Assembly (NCBI GenBank): GCA_963664115.2
Contig: CAXWPJ010000009.1
Coordinates: 896,001 to 960,000 of the forward strand
Length of the DNA: 64,000 nt
Direction: 5' to 3'
From: Terriglobia bacterium
Lineage (GTDB): Bacteria > Acidobacteriota > Terriglobia > 20CM-2-55-15
Shown here: positions 21,268 through 32,580 of the stretch, in pieces
How positions within the stretch are numbered: position 1 is the stretch's first letter
How the letters are laid out: the number at the start of each line of letters is the position of its first letter
Notes under the pieces: generated by a model
What the model saw: only the letters and a program-made list of their open reading frames with translations
The model's database searches: none
What the model was told of the DNA's origin: nothing
Position numbers and translations under genes: made by a program

Positions 21268-22424
21268 CTAGTGTACCCCGCTCGAAGTAATGTAATTAAA
21301 ATAGCTTTCCAACGTCCAATAGAGAATGAGGAAAGCACCGACCATTGAATTGGATGACAAGCAGCGGATGGAGTTGGAGCGACTGAGTCGAAGCCGGAGT
21401 ACATCGGTCCGGTTGGCGGAACGATCCCGAATTGTATTACTGGCCGCTGAAGGTCGGAACAATTATGAGATCGCCGCCCGCTTGGAGATCACGCGCCAGA
21501 AAGCGGGCCGCTGGCGCAATCGTTTTGTGGAACAGGGCTTGGCTGGGATCGAAAAGGATGCGCCGCGAAGCGGACGGATTCCCACGATCAGTCGCCGGAA
21601 GCGAGCCCGGATCGTCAAGAAGACACTGGAAGAGAAGCCCCCGAACGCGACGCACTGGAGTCGGGCCTCGATGGCGAAGGCCGTTGGCGTGAGCGAGTCC
21701 ACGGTCGGGAAAATCTGGCGGGTCCATGGACTGAAGCCTCATCTGTCACGAACCTTCAAACTATCCAACGACAAACGATTCGCCGAAAAGCTGGAGGATG
21801 TGGTCGGTCTGTATCTGAGCCCACCGGAAAACGCCATTGTCTTGTCCTGCGATGAGAAGAGCCAGATGCAGGCCCTGGACCGCACGCAACCCGGGTTACC
21901 TCTGAAGAAGGGGCGGTGTGGCACCATGACCCACGATTACAAACGTAACGGGACAACCACGCTTTTCGCCGCGCTCAACATCCTGGACGGTTCGGTCATC
22001 GGAACCTGCATGCCAAAGCATCGCCATCAGGAATGGATCCGGTTTCTGAATCAGATCAAACGCGCCATGCCGAAAGATAAGGAGATCCACATTATTTGCG
22101 ACAACTATGCGACTCACAAACATCAGAAAGTCGTCAACTGGCTCAAGCGTAACAAGCGTTTTCATGTGCACTTCACGCCAACCAGTGCGTCGTGGCTCAA
22201 CATGGTCGAGCGCTTTTTCCGGGATCTGTCCGAGCAACGACTCCGGCGTGGCGTTTTCCGCTCGGTCCCCGAGTTGATCCAGGCCGTGGAGGACTACCTC
22301 GCTCGTCACAATGAAGACCCGAAACCCTTCATCTGGACTGCAACGGCTTCCGACATCCTTGCTAAAGTCCAGCGCGGCCGGCGAAATCTTGATAAGTTAC
22401 AGTCTGTTTAACGGGGACCACTAG
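21268..22424 (+). mobile_element. IS630-family element, copy 1
   Basis: CTAGTGTACCCCG / CGGGGACCACTAG ends. Confidence 0.92.
21326..22411 (+). CDS. IS630-family transposase
   Basis: DEKSQ, THDYKRNGT, DNYATHK, SWLNMVE. Confidence 0.92.
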   Translation: MRKAPTIELDDKQRMELERLSRSRSTSVRLAERSRIVLLAAEGRNNYEIAARLEITRQKAGRWRNRFVEQGLAGIEKDAPRSGRIPTISRRKRARIVKKTLEEKPPNATHWSRASMAKAVGVSESTVGKIWRVHGLKPHLSRTFKLSNDKRFAEKLEDVVGLYLSPPENAIVLSCDEKSQMQALDRTQPGLPLKKGRCGTMTHDYKRNGTTTLFAALNILDGSVIGTCMPKHRHQEWIRFLNQIKRAMPKDKEIHIICDNYATHKHQKVVNWLKRNKRFHVHFTPTSASWLNMVERFFRDLSEQRLRRGVFRSVPELIQAVEDYLARHNEDPKPFIWTATASDILAKVQRGRRNLDKLQSV

Positions 22425-22473
22425 GACCGCCCAAAATGCAACCATTCTTAAGGGGCCACTGGGCGGTCTGGGC

Positions 22474-23310
22474 GTCATCTCCCCTGACGGTGGACGAATG
22501 GCCGTCGAGACCGGCGGCGGGGAAGACGACGTATGGATCTTTGATTTCGCTCGCGAGATCCTGAGTCGGCTCACGTTTGATCCGTTAGACGACGGTTATC
22601 CAGTCTGGAGCGCAGACGGTGAACGGATCGCGTTTACCTCGGGAAGAGAAATTGTCTGGAAGGCGTCGAACAATACGGGCAGCGTTGAGCAGCTCGCCGA
22701 GAATCTAGGCGAAGGCACCCAACTTCCGAATCCTTATTTCTTTTCGGGAAACGGTACAGAGTTGGTCTTCCGGGAACAAGCGAGTCCAAACAACGCGGAC
22801 AACATCGGCATGATATCTATTGACGAAGACCGCGAGGCGGAATGGCTGTTGAGGAGCGAGTTCAACGAAAGGAATGCCGAATTGTCACCGGATGGGCGTT
22901 GGATGGCGTATCAATCGAATGAATCGGGTCAAAATGAGGTCTATGTGCGACCATTCCCCGATGTGGGGGCTGGTCGGGTGCCGATCTCCAACGCTGGGGG
23001 ACGCTGCCCTCTATGGTCTCGCAGTGGAGAGGAACTCTTCTATTTAGAACCCGGCACCATACCACGACTGATTTCAGTACGAGTGGAGACAGAGCCGAGC
23101 TTTAGCTTCAGTAACCGCCAGGCGCTCTTCGACTGGACCTACTTTGGTGGGGGCGGGCCTATTTCGGGCCGCGTTTACGATGTCGACCTCGATGGCCAGC
23201 GGTTCCTTGCGATCAAGGACATTGGCAATGACATCGATGTTGTTGTTCCTCAAATCAACGTCGGCCTGAACTGGTTTCAAGAGCTGCGCGAGCGCGTGCC
23301 GGCTCCGTAG
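22474..23310 (+). pseudogene. C-terminal PD40/TolB-like beta-propeller fragment of a kinase
   Basis: SPDG repeats, SNESGQNEVYVRPFP, ends INVGLNWFQELRERVPAP*. Confidence 0.85.
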
Positions 23311-23326
23311 CAGACCGTGAAAATGA

Positions 23327-23346
23327 TTCTCAAGTCCTGAGAAATC
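23327..23346 (+). repeat. 40-bp site, left half only
   Basis: TTCTCAAGTCCTGAGAA-ATC, then abuts an IS30-like end. Confidence 0.85.
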
Positions 23347-23490
23347 CTGCCGGATCAACCGGTCGATGTAACACAAGCTTTAGATCGTTCAGCCGGAGTT
23401 TGAAACCCCAGCGTCTGACGGGGCCGTCTATCGAGCTTGCTCGCAATGAAATCCAGATGCTCCTGTGAATGAACGGATAAATCAGTTCGT
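23347..23490 (-). mobile_element. IS30-family terminal remnant
   Basis: TDLSVHSQ..LD.IA.KLD.RPRQTLGFQTPAE..CVTSTG* C-terminus. Confidence 0.75.
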
Positions 23491-23700
23491 TTCTTTACGG
23501 ACGAATGGAAGGGCAAGCAGAACGCGATCATGCTGACGGACGACTTGTTCCGCTCTTCGGAGCAGTACCAAGCCACGAATCTACCCACTGAGATCGAGGC
23601 GCGGTGGCACCTTGTGGAGACTTCATGGAAACTCTGCCTGCCTCGCCAGGTCCTGACCGTTAGTCCCGATCCGGAGCCTCGGAATGGACGCACGCTCTCC

Positions 23701-24857
23701 CTAGTGTACCCCGCTCGAAGTAATGTAACTAAAATAGCTTTCCAACGTCCAATAGAGAATGAGGAAAGCACCGACCATTGAATTGGATGACAAGCAGCGG
23801 ATGGAGTTGGAGCGACTGAGTCGAAGCCGGAGTACATCGGTCCGGTTGGCGGAACGATCCCGAATTGTATTACTGGCCGCTGAAGGTCGGAACAATTATG
23901 AGATCGCCGCCCGCTTGGAGATCACGCGCCAGAAAGCGGGCCGCTGGCGCAATCGTTTTGTGGAACAGGGCTTGGCTGGGATCGAAAAGGATGCGCCGCG
24001 AAGCGGACGGATTCCCACGATCAGTCGCCGGAAGCGAGCCCGGATCGTCAAGAAGACACTGGAAGAGAAGCCCCCGAACGCGACGCACTGGAGTCGGGCC
24101 TCGATGGCGAAGGCCGTTGGCGTGAGCGAGTCCACGGTCGGGAAAATCTGGCGGGTCCATGGACTGAAGCCTCATCTGTCACGAACCTTCAAACTATCCA
24201 ACGACAAACGATTCGCCGAAAAGCTGGAGGATGTGGTCGGTCTGTATCTGAGCCCACCGGAAAACGCCATTGTCTTGTCCTGCGATGAGAAGAGCCAGAT
24301 GCAGGCCCTGGACCGCACGCAACCCGGGTTACCTCTGAAGAAGGGGCGGTGTGGCACCATGACCCACGATTACAAACGTAACGGGACAACCACGCTTTTC
24401 GCCGCGCTCAACATCCTGGACGGTTCGGTCATCGGAACCTGCATGCCAAAGCATCGCCATCAGGAATGGATCCGGTTTCTGAATCAGATCAAACGCGCCA
24501 TGCCGAAAGATAAGGAGATCCACATTATTTGCGACAACTATGCGACTCACAAACATCAGAAAGTCGTCAACTGGCTCAAGCGTAACAAGCGTTTTCATGT
24601 GCACTTCACGCCAACCAGTGCGTCGTGGCTCAACATGGTCGAGCGCTTTTTCCGGGATCTGTCCGAGCAACGACTCCGGCGTGGCGTTTTCCGCTCGGTC
24701 CCCGAGTTGATCCAGGCCGTGGAGGACTACCTCGCTCGTCACAATGAAGACCCGAAACCCTTCATCTGGACTGCAACGGCTTCCGACATCCTTGCTAAAG
24801 TCCAGCGCGGCCGGCGAAATCTTGATAAGTTACAGTCTGTTTAACGGGGACCACTAG
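23701..24857 (+). mobile_element. IS630-family element, copy 2
   Basis: Same ends as copy 1. Confidence 0.92.
23759..24844 (+). CDS. IS630-family transposase
   Basis: Identical to 21326-22411. Confidence 0.92.
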   Translation: MRKAPTIELDDKQRMELERLSRSRSTSVRLAERSRIVLLAAEGRNNYEIAARLEITRQKAGRWRNRFVEQGLAGIEKDAPRSGRIPTISRRKRARIVKKTLEEKPPNATHWSRASMAKAVGVSESTVGKIWRVHGLKPHLSRTFKLSNDKRFAEKLEDVVGLYLSPPENAIVLSCDEKSQMQALDRTQPGLPLKKGRCGTMTHDYKRNGTTTLFAALNILDGSVIGTCMPKHRHQEWIRFLNQIKRAMPKDKEIHIICDNYATHKHQKVVNWLKRNKRFHVHFTPTSASWLNMVERFFRDLSEQRLRRGVFRSVPELIQAVEDYLARHNEDPKPFIWTATASDILAKVQRGRRNLDKLQSV

Positions 24858-24980
24858 CTTCATCACCCCCGGGGCCTCAAAATTCGCCTAAACGCCCCGC
24901 ATGCGGCTCCTACGCGTGATGTATACTCAGGATTCCAATCCCTGAATTAATAACAAGAGGAACAACATCTGAAGGGCGTC

Positions 24981-27398
24981 GTGAAATTTCTTCGACTTGC
25001 GTTGATCTGTATCTTCTTAACACCGTCTGCTTTCGGACAGCTTACCGCCCGCAATCCGGTCGACGAACTGAAGGACCATCTGGCCCTGGCCCTAGAGGAA
25101 GCACAGAGCCCTCTCACATCCGATCAAGAGCAACAGTTGGCACTACTCATTGAAGAGCAACGTCAAGCTGCGGAGAACCTGTTCGGCGTGACGTGGGATT
25201 TCAGTCAGGGGCCACCTCAGGGTGAGCAGAGGGACCAGGCCCTGGCCGGCATTCGCTGGATGTATGACGAGTTGAAGAATGGGCTTCCCGTTTACCTGAC
25301 CGAGGTGCAGAGAGTCGCATGGGAGAGTTACCAGAGTGATCAAGACGTGGAATTTTATATAGAAGAGGGTTCTGCGGGCGACGGTACCCAGAGCGGAAGA
25401 ATTCAACAGATTCGCGTGACAAACAACCCGTTCAATGTCGAAACCGGCCAGGCGAGTGGAGCGGGCCTGCGTGAAATGGGTACGAAAACAGAAGTGATCG
25501 AACGCGGCGGTGTTGGAGCCTTCCACGGCAGTCTTGCATCGACATTTCAAGACGAGTCGCTGAATGCCCGTAATCCTTTCGCCCGCAATAAGCCGCCCTA
25601 CTATGAACGGACTATCGACGGAAATATCAGCGGCCCCATCATTGGAGACCGCCTCTCTCTGAACTTCACGTTCAGCGACAATAAACAGGAGAACGTCGGC
25701 ACTGTTAAGGCGGAAACACCGACTGGACCGTTTTCTCTGGGCGTGACCCGGCCCGTGGTGAACCGGTCTTACGAAACCCGGGGCATACTCCGGATCGCCG
25801 ACGCTCACGCGTTACACATGCGTTTCCAATACGCCACCGAAGATCGTAAGAATGAAAACGTCGGTGATTTCGCATTGCCCGAACGCGCCTCGCGTACACA
25901 AACGCAGGACTACATGGTCGATCTCCGTGAAATCTGGACCCTGTCCGAGCGAACCGTCCATGACATCCGGTTTATATGGCGACAAGATCATAGCGAGACC
26001 AATCCCTTCAGTAATGCTCAAGCGATCATTGTCAAGGACGCGTTCACCGGAGGCGGGGCGCAGAATGAGCGCCGGGTGGATGGAAATGATTACGAATTGT
26101 CCAATCTGATTTACTTTGCCGGGGAAAAGGTGACCGTGCGGAGCGGATTTCAGATGTTGCACCGGAGCGAACGCTCAATCTCGGAAGACAACTTCTACGG
26201 CGAATTCACGTTTTCCGACCTTGCCAGTTACCGCGCCGGCACACCGCTGCATTATAGGGTTACGTGTTGCGATCCCTTGTTCGAATTGAGCCGCACACAG
26301 TTCAGCCTTTTTTCTCAGAACGATTTCAGACTGGCAAACACATTCACTCTGATGCTGGGTGTACGCTATCAGGGACAAACCAACATCAGCGATCGGGGTA
26401 ATGTGGATCCACGGATCGGCTTTGCATACGCGCTCGGGAATGAGACTGTCATCCGAGGCGGCTTCGGTGTGTTTTCCCAGTGGGTAAATTTCAATACGAT
26501 TGCGCATAGCCGTCTCGATGGGCAGCGGGTATACGAAATCCGGATCGACAATCCAGGGTGGCCGGACCCTTTCGCATCGGGCAGCATCCGGCCTCGATCC
26601 CGTCGTCAGATTGCCCCTGATATGGAAATGGCGTATTTCCCAACAGGACAAATAGGCGTGGAACGTAGTTTTTCCAACAATCTTTTTGTGACCCTGTCTT
26701 ACGAGTACCTTCGAGCTTTCAAGCCAGTCCGACGACGGGACATCAATGCGCCGTTACCAGAAACGGGCATCAGGCCTAATCCCAATGAAGGCCAGGTTCT
26801 TCAATTCCAGAGCAGTGGCCGGTCAAGGTATCATCGTTTGAGGGCCTCAATGAGGCAGCGGTTCGGCATCTTCGTAGTCAATGCAGACTACAATTACGTA
26901 TTCGGGATCGGTGATCAGGCAGATCGGAGGGGCTTCAGCGTGTACTCGCCTGTCGACAGTTATGACCTTAATAAGGATTGGGGTAATACAGCAAATCCGC
27001 GCCACGTCTTCAGTGCAGGCGCTAATGCCAGGTTGCCATTGGATGTCTACTTGACGACAGTCATCGAAGCACGGAGCGGTGGTTTTTACACCATCAGGAC
27101 GGGGAAGGACGACAACGGGGATGGAGTGAGCAATGACCGGCCCCCCGGCGTTGTCAAAAATAGCGAGGTCGGACCGAGCTATTTCGACGTCGGCTTCAAC
27201 TTCTCTAAGGCATTTGAGTTGAACTCCGGTACTGGGTTCGCCGGGCCTCAAATGAACGTCTTCGCAAATTTGAACAATGCTTTCAACATGCAACATCCAG
27301 GATTACCCAGCGGGGTCGTGACTTCTCCGTTCTTCATGCGGTCCTTTAATGCGACCTCACCGCGCACAATCGAATTTGGAATGGAATTTCAGTTTTAG
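24981..27398 (+). CDS. TonB-dependent receptor-like (Oar-like) outer-membrane beta-barrel
   Basis: Signal peptide, LNARNPF, PRIGFAY, VIRGGFG, C-terminal Phe. Confidence 0.8.
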   Translation: MKFLRLALICIFLTPSAFGQLTARNPVDELKDHLALALEEAQSPLTSDQEQQLALLIEEQRQAAENLFGVTWDFSQGPPQGEQRDQALAGIRWMYDELKNGLPVYLTEVQRVAWESYQSDQDVEFYIEEGSAGDGTQSGRIQQIRVTNNPFNVETGQASGAGLREMGTKTEVIERGGVGAFHGSLASTFQDESLNARNPFARNKPPYYERTIDGNISGPIIGDRLSLNFTFSDNKQENVGTVKAETPTGPFSLGVTRPVVNRSYETRGILRIADAHALHMRFQYATEDRKNENVGDFALPERASRTQTQDYMVDLREIWTLSERTVHDIRFIWRQDHSETNPFSNAQAIIVKDAFTGGGAQNERRVDGNDYELSNLIYFAGEKVTVRSGFQMLHRSERSISEDNFYGEFTFSDLASYRAGTPLHYRVTCCDPLFELSRTQFSLFSQNDFRLANTFTLMLGVRYQGQTNISDRGNVDPRIGFAYALGNETVIRGGFGVFSQWVNFNTIAHSRLDGQRVYEIRIDNPGWPDPFASGSIRPRSRRQIAPDMEMAYFPTGQIGVERSFSNNLFVTLSYEYLRAFKPVRRRDINAPLPETGIRPNPNEGQVLQFQSSGRSRYHRLRASMRQRFGIFVVNADYNYVFGIGDQADRRGFSVYSPVDSYDLNKDWGNTANPRHVFSAGANARLPLDVYLTTVIEARSGGFYTIRTGKDDNGDGVSNDRPPGVVKNSEVGPSYFDVGFNFSKAFELNSGTGFAGPQMNVFANLNNAFNMQHPGLPSGVVTSPFFMRSFNATSPRTIEFGMEFQF

Positions 27399-27628
27399 AG
27401 TTCACCCTGGTCTGTTGCGTAATTTGCTGGATGCTACGGTAGACCGCAAGGAACATATCGTCGCCGGCGATGCGGTTTGCCGATACAGAATCCAATTAGC
27501 GAGCCGTTCTTAAGCAATTCCGTTCTTCAAAGAAATACGACCGCGGGAAGGCTGACAACCCTCGCGCCTTATTCTCACTTAAATGATGGCGGCCAGAGCG
27601 CAAGCACGAGGTGATTTATGGGTAATTC

Positions 27629-29263
27629 ATGGGCGAGACGCATTCGATGAGTACGGCGAAATTTCATAAGTTGGATGGCTTGACCTTCGACAACCGTTTC
27701 ACCCGCGAACTGCCTGCCGATCCGGACACTACCAACGCGCGACGTCAGGTCTATGGGGCCTGTTATTCTCGCGTTCGGCCCACTCCGGTTGCCAAACCTC
27801 GGTTGGTCGCCTATGCCCGGGAGGTTGCCGATGAACTGGATCTCACGCATGAGGATTGTGTGTCGCCGGAGTTTAGAGAAGTGTTTGCGGGCAATCGATT
27901 ACTCGAGGGCATGGATCCGTACGCCACCTGTTACGGCGGTCACCAGTTTGGACAATGGGCAGGCCAGCTTGGAGACGGACGTGCAATCAACCTCGGAGAA
28001 ACGGTCAGCAGCCGGGGGCAGCGGAGAACGTTACAGCTCAAGGGTGCCGGCCCCACGCCATATTCACGTACGGCTGACGGGCTGGCCGTTCTGCGCTCGT
28101 CGGTGCGGGAATTCCTGTGTAGCGAGGCGATGCATCACCTCGGAGTTCCGACTACTCGGGCTCTCAGCCTTGTGACCACTGGCGAGACGGTGATCCGTGA
28201 CATGTTCTACGATGGCCGCCCCAGAGACGAGCCCGGAGCCGTCGTGTGTCGCGTCGCGCCGTCGTTTACCCGTTTCGGCAGCTTTCAGATATTTGCCGTT
28301 CGGGAAGACGCCGGCGTGCTCAAGCAACTGGTCGACTATACGATCCGCATGGACTTCCCCCATCTGGGCGAGCCGTCGGCGGCTGTCTATCTGCAGTGGT
28401 TTCGTGACGTCTGTCTGAGAACTGCCGAGATGATCGTCGAATGGATGCGAGTGGGGTTTGTTCACGGCGTCATGAACACCGACAACATGTCGATCCTCGG
28501 CCTCACGATCGACTATGGACCTTACGGTTGGCTGGAGAACTTCGACCCGAACTGGACCCCCAACACGACCGACGCCGGAGGACGTCGGTACAGGTTCGGG
28601 AATCAGCCGGAGATTGCCCATTGGAATCTGGCTCAGTTTGCCGAATCCATCCTGCCATTGGTTGGTGATGTCGAGCCGCTACAAGACGCGCTCAACGGAT
28701 ATGTCACCGACTTCCAGACTGGTTGGCAAGCGATGATGGCTGCGAAGTTGGGGTGGCAACGGTTCGAGCCCGACACCGACGCCGAGCTGGTTTCCGAACT
28801 GCTAGCGATCCTTGAACTGGTGGAAACCGACATGACCCTTTTCCACCGTCTGTTGGCGCTGGTCGATGTCCATTCCGCAAAGTCGACCCCCGTTCCCGAC
28901 ACTGCACTAATCGAACCCTTGATGGATGCCTATTATGTCCCCGATCAGTTAACCGCCGACTACCGCGCACGTCTTGGAGCATGGATCCGGTCGTACCAGG
29001 ATCGTGTTCGAAAAGACGCCGTGCTTGACGATGAACGAAAGCGGCGGATGAACACAGTCAATCCCAAGTACGTGTTGCGAAACTACCTTGCCCAATTGGC
29101 CATCGACCGGGCCGAGCAGGGCGACGACTCGATGGTGCATGAACTACTGGAGTTGCTGCGGGATCCGTACAGTGAACAGCCGGATCACGAACGTCTTGCC
29201 GCAAAACGTCCGGAATGGGCACGACACCGCGAGGGTTGCTCAATGCTGTCCTGCAGTTCGTAG
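27629..29263 (+). CDS. selO: Protein adenylyltransferase SelO/YdiU
   Basis: [37 protein letters not shown]-terminal LSCSS. Confidence 0.93.
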   Translation: MGETHSMSTAKFHKLDGLTFDNRFTRELPADPDTTNARRQVYGACYSRVRPTPVAKPRLVAYAREVADELDLTHEDCVSPEFREVFAGNRLLEGMDPYATCYGGHQFGQWAGQLGDGRAINLGETVSSRGQRRTLQLKGAGPTPYSRTADGLAVLRSSVREFLCSEAMHHLGVPTTRALSLVTTGETVIRDMFYDGRPRDEPGAVVCRVAPSFTRFGSFQIFAVREDAGVLKQLVDYTIRMDFPHLGEPSAAVYLQWFRDVCLRTAEMIVEWMRVGFVHGVMNTDNMSILGLTIDYGPYGWLENFDPNWTPNTTDAGGRRYRFGNQPEIAHWNLAQFAESILPLVGDVEPLQDALNGYVTDFQTGWQAMMAAKLGWQRFEPDTDAELVSELLAILELVETDMTLFHRLLALVDVHSAKSTPVPDTALIEPLMDAYYVPDQLTADYRARLGAWIRSYQDRVRKDAVLDDERKRRMNTVNPKYVLRNYLAQLAIDRAEQGDDSMVHELLELLRDPYSEQPDHERLAAKRPEWARHREGCSMLSCSS

Positions 29264-29315
29264 TCGTCGACGCCAGTAACTTGCGGTGGCGCACGGCCTC
29301 GACACGCACGGGTTT

Positions 29316-29636
29316 ATGAGTGAACCTAAAACAGCGGTCCGTTTTTCAATTGGCGATGTCATTCAACACGAACTATTCGACTACCGGGGTGTCGTTGTCG
29401 GCGTTGATCCGCAGTTTGCAGGAACCGACGAGTGGTACGCAACCGTGGCACGTTCCAGACCGCCGAAGGATCGCCCTTGGTATCACGTATTGCCCCACGG
29501 GGCCGCACATCAGACTTATGTGGCCGACCGCAATCTCCACTCAGATCACTCTGGCCGCCCTATTGAGCATCCCTTGGTTGAAGTCTACTTCACTCACTTC
29601 ATTGATGGGCGCTATGTTAGTGGGCGGATGAACTAG
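29316..29636 (+). CDS. hspQ: Heat shock protein HspQ
   Basis: FSIGDVIQH.LFDYRGVV..VDP, RPWYHVL, TYVA..NL. Confidence 0.88.
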   Translation: MSEPKTAVRFSIGDVIQHELFDYRGVVVGVDPQFAGTDEWYATVARSRPPKDRPWYHVLPHGAAHQTYVADRNLHSDHSGRPIEHPLVEVYFTHFIDGRYVSGRMN

Positions 29637-29741
29637 GCGGAAACAACCGAGTCTGTCGAGTCATACTCTAAAAGCAACAAGATGCAATCGAGGTAGTGGA
29701 CCGAACCGCTATCGAGGCAACGGGTTAAAAAGGGAGCGAAC

Positions 29742-29799
29742 ACAATGGGCACAGACATTCAGGCGGCCCGACAATGGGCACAGACATTCAGGCGGCCCG
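29742..29799 (+). repeat. Exact 29-bp tandem duplication over a start codon
   Basis: ACAATGGGCACAGACATTCAGGCGGCCCG x2. Confidence 0.92.
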
Positions 29800-30016
29800 A
29801 CAGGGCTTGCTGAAATTCATCGCTAAGAAGGGTGACTCGATCCCCATGCGGGATCTCCACACACATAGCCTCGTCTTTTATCAAGCTGGGCATCAGGCGT
29901 TCTCGCAACTCATGGAAGGTCTTGTTGCGGACGAACTCGTCACCGTTGACGATGACGATGGAATGTTTCAGCTCACAGACAAGGGACGGGCCTCCCTCGA
30001 AAGCCAAGTCTCCTAG
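29774..30016 (+). CDS. Small hypothetical protein (possibly winged-helix)
   Basis: 80 aa; L...LV....F.LTDKGR pattern; SD lies upstream of the duplicated start. Confidence 0.55.
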   Translation: MGTDIQAARQGLLKFIAKKGDSIPMRDLHTHSLVFYQAGHQAFSQLMEGLVADELVTVDDDDGMFQLTDKGRASLESQVS

Positions 30017-30060
30017 CCAGATTCCACTCTTTGGGCAAACAAGATGTGAGCCCCCCCAAA

Positions 30061-30117
30061 ATCAACATCGTCCTGAACTGGTTTGAAGAGCTGAAGGAAC
30101 GGGTGTCGGTGCCCTGA
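30061..30117 (+). pseudogene. Kinase tail INIVLNWFEELKERVSVP*
   Basis: Direct translation. Confidence 0.85.
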
Positions 30118-30123
30118 TTCTTG

Positions 30124-30163
30124 AGTACAAGTCCTGTTATATCCGGTTGCCGGCCAGTGAGAT
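30124..30163 (+). repeat. 40-bp site, forward, degenerate
   Basis: AGTACAAGTCCTGTTAT-ATCCGG-TTGCCGGCCAGTGAGAT. Confidence 0.7.
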
Positions 30164-30377
30164 TTCGTATACATCCAGCCCCTCCGGGTTGTGGACTGCC
30201 TTCAGCTATCTACCTGGGCTTGTATCTGCCGCCGTTGAGCCCCCACAGGATCGGCCGACGAAAGGACCGAATCTCAATGCTCGTCTCTATGGCCAGACGG
30301 CCCTAATGCGCCGGCACGATCATACGACGTTACCCTGACTTCGCTAACTTCCCCGTCTTGGACCGGGCGATCGCAGC

Positions 30378-31007
30378 CTAATCGACGGCAAAACAATAGA
30401 CCAAGCCATCGCCACCCGAAGCCCGCAACTGTTCCTGGCTGCAACCTTGGCTGTCATGGGCGGAGTTCCAGGCTGCGCGGTCATGATGACCGACCCTGGC
30501 TTTTCCGTCACTGCTGCTCGTCCAGTTGTTGCAGGTCATGTCCTCGCCAGCCGGGAAGGCCGTACCGTCTAGCTGCGAGCCCGTCAGGATATCGTGCCGG
30601 TTGGGCGCATATGCACTACCGGGTATCAATCGGCCTCTTTCGTCAAGGGCGGTCGTGAAACTGATTCGATGCTCCACGCCGTGAATCTCCGCGACGCTCC
30701 GACCGATACGGCCCCCCTGAGCGTTATGCCATGGGCCTGTGCCGATGCGGTCGCGAGCGTTGACGGCATTCGGGCCTTGCGTGCTGAGGTAGGCACGCCA
30801 CGTACGGCCGCCCGCACCCACTTCAGCGGCTAGGCTCTGACAGAGCGCGTCAGCCCCGTCCAAACCACCCAGGTCGGCTCCTTCGCCAGAGCCTGCACTT
30901 GCGATAAAAAAGGTCATCGGTTCAGGTTGCTGCCCTTGGGCCAGGGCTGCCCCTGAAACCAGCAAACTGAGGCAAATGACACCGAAAATAGACGCGACTC
31001 TACTCAT
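30378..31007 (-). CDS. Secreted lectin/endostatin-like domain protein
   Basis: Signal peptide, GGLDGADALCQ, WRAYLS, HDILTGS, TCNNWTSS, YCFA. Confidence 0.7.
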   Translation of the reverse strand: MSRVASIFGVICLSLLVSGAALAQGQQPEPMTFFIASAGSGEGADLGGLDGADALCQSLAAEVGAGGRTWRAYLSTQGPNAVNARDRIGTGPWHNAQGGRIGRSVAEIHGVEHRISFTTALDERGRLIPGSAYAPNRHDILTGSQLDGTAFPAGEDMTCNNWTSSSDGKARVGHHDRAAWNSAHDSQGCSQEQLRASGGDGLVYCFAVD

Positions 31008-31253
31008 GTCGGTTCTCCTTATTGTGAAACTGCGAGTGATCCAATGTTATCAAGCTGACGGTAAGTTCTTGATGTAAGCATGGTCGCAGTTTAGGTGTCA
31101 ACGCAAAGCAGATGGCCGCCCGATACAGAAGGAGAATGATGGCCCGAAGCGGTGTTTCGTCAAAAAAAATGTTCCGCTATGAATAGCACCCGCGAGTGTG
31201 AAGGTGGAAGAAGGCACTATTCTCTGTGCCGTTCCGACACCGGAAGGCATCCC

Positions 31254-31376
31254 TATGAAGCTTCGGACGATGGTCAGCGATTCTTGTTCTCGATTCCGGC
31301 GCAATCCGGAAGCGAAACTATCAACGTCGGCCTGAACTGGTTTCAAGAGCTGCGCGAGCGCGTGCCGGTTCCGTAG
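31254..31376 (+). pseudogene. Kinase C-terminal remnant ending INVGLNWFQELRERVPVP*
   Basis: 31320-31412 is near-identical to 23255-23346. Confidence 0.85.
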
Positions 31377-31392
31377 CAGACCGTGAAAATGA

Positions 31393-31432
31393 TTCTCAAG
31401 TCCTGAGAAATCATCTTCTCGGACATTGAGAA
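31393..31432 (+). repeat. 40-bp site, forward, consensus
   Basis: TTCTCAAGTCCTGAGAA-ATCATC-TTCTCGGACATTGAGAA. Confidence 0.95.
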
Positions 31433-31489
31433 TTGGACGTTTGTTTGAAAGTGAGGTGTTGAGTTGTAGGTGATTGTGGGTAACCAGAC

Positions 31490-32160
31490 ATGAGCCTTAC
31501 GATGTTGCCAGCTTCCTGGGAGACGACCCGCCTGACGATCAGTGATGGCAATCTGGAAGAAGCCAAAATCCTGCGTCAAATCTTTAATGCCTGCTCATAC
31601 GTCGAACCGTGGGATGAGACCTTTGCACCGACGGACATCCAGTCCAGCGAAGAACTTATTCGAAAAAGCTTGAGGGGTGAGAATGCGTTCAGATTGCAGA
31701 CGATTCGCAACCGCCCCGGCGAAGTCATTGGATATTTTCACCTTCGACATGGGTTTCCGAAACCAGAAGTCGTTTGGGTGTCCATGGCGGTGATTCACCC
31801 GGATCACCAGCGAAACGGTATCGGCACCGAGGTGTTCGAAGGTGTCATCAGGGAACTCCGTAGATATTTTCACCTTCGACATGGGTTTCCGAAACCAGAA
31901 GTCGTTTGGGTGTCCATGGCGGTGATTCACCCGGATCACCAGCGAAACGGTATCGGCACCGAGGTGTTCGAAGGTGTCATCAGGGAACTCCGTAGCCTTG
32001 GGAATTATCAATCCACCTGTACCTGAAGAACTGGCCAGCATTACGAACTTGGTTAAAGCTCGGATTTCGCACGATCGTAGAGTATCGGGGCGACGAAGTT
32101 TTCATTAAGGAGGGTCATGCCAGCCTGATTCTTGAACGCCAACTTGACAGGGCTGGCTGA
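31490..32160 (+). pseudogene. GNAT acetyltransferase with an internal 132-bp duplication and a frameshift
   Basis: IHPDHQRNGIG motif A present twice; LKNWPALRTWLKLGF continues in another frame to 32160. Confidence 0.75.
31731..31994 (+). repeat. Exact 132-bp in-frame tandem duplication
   Basis: 31731-31862 = 31863-31994. Confidence 0.92.
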
Positions 32161-32580
32161 CAAAGCAACGAAGCTGGCAGTCGACAAAGGCGGCGTATAC
32201 CGAACGCCGAAAGTGGATGGATAACGCCATGTTTCTATCGGAGATGATCCGGGGCATGTCGGATAGAACGGTTTGAAGTGAGCCGCTGGCGCGGCCGGGG
32301 GCGGAAACGCGGAGCTGAACATCGCCCCGGTCGGCTCGTCCGAACCCTGATACGCCCATTATCTGGAATGCAGATGTGTGGTTGGGAGATTATTGTAAAT
32401 CGATCCCATTTCGCGGTTGGCCACAACCCCTCCGGCAGTGTTCCTGAATTGCGGAAACGACCCGGCTTTGTGCTTGACAAGCCGGACCATGGATTCAATA
32501 ATCGGCCGCAATAAGAGGGGTTTTTATTCAAACTGCGCTTCCGAGCGTGCCAAGGTAAAGGGCAGAACGGGGTTTAGCTA

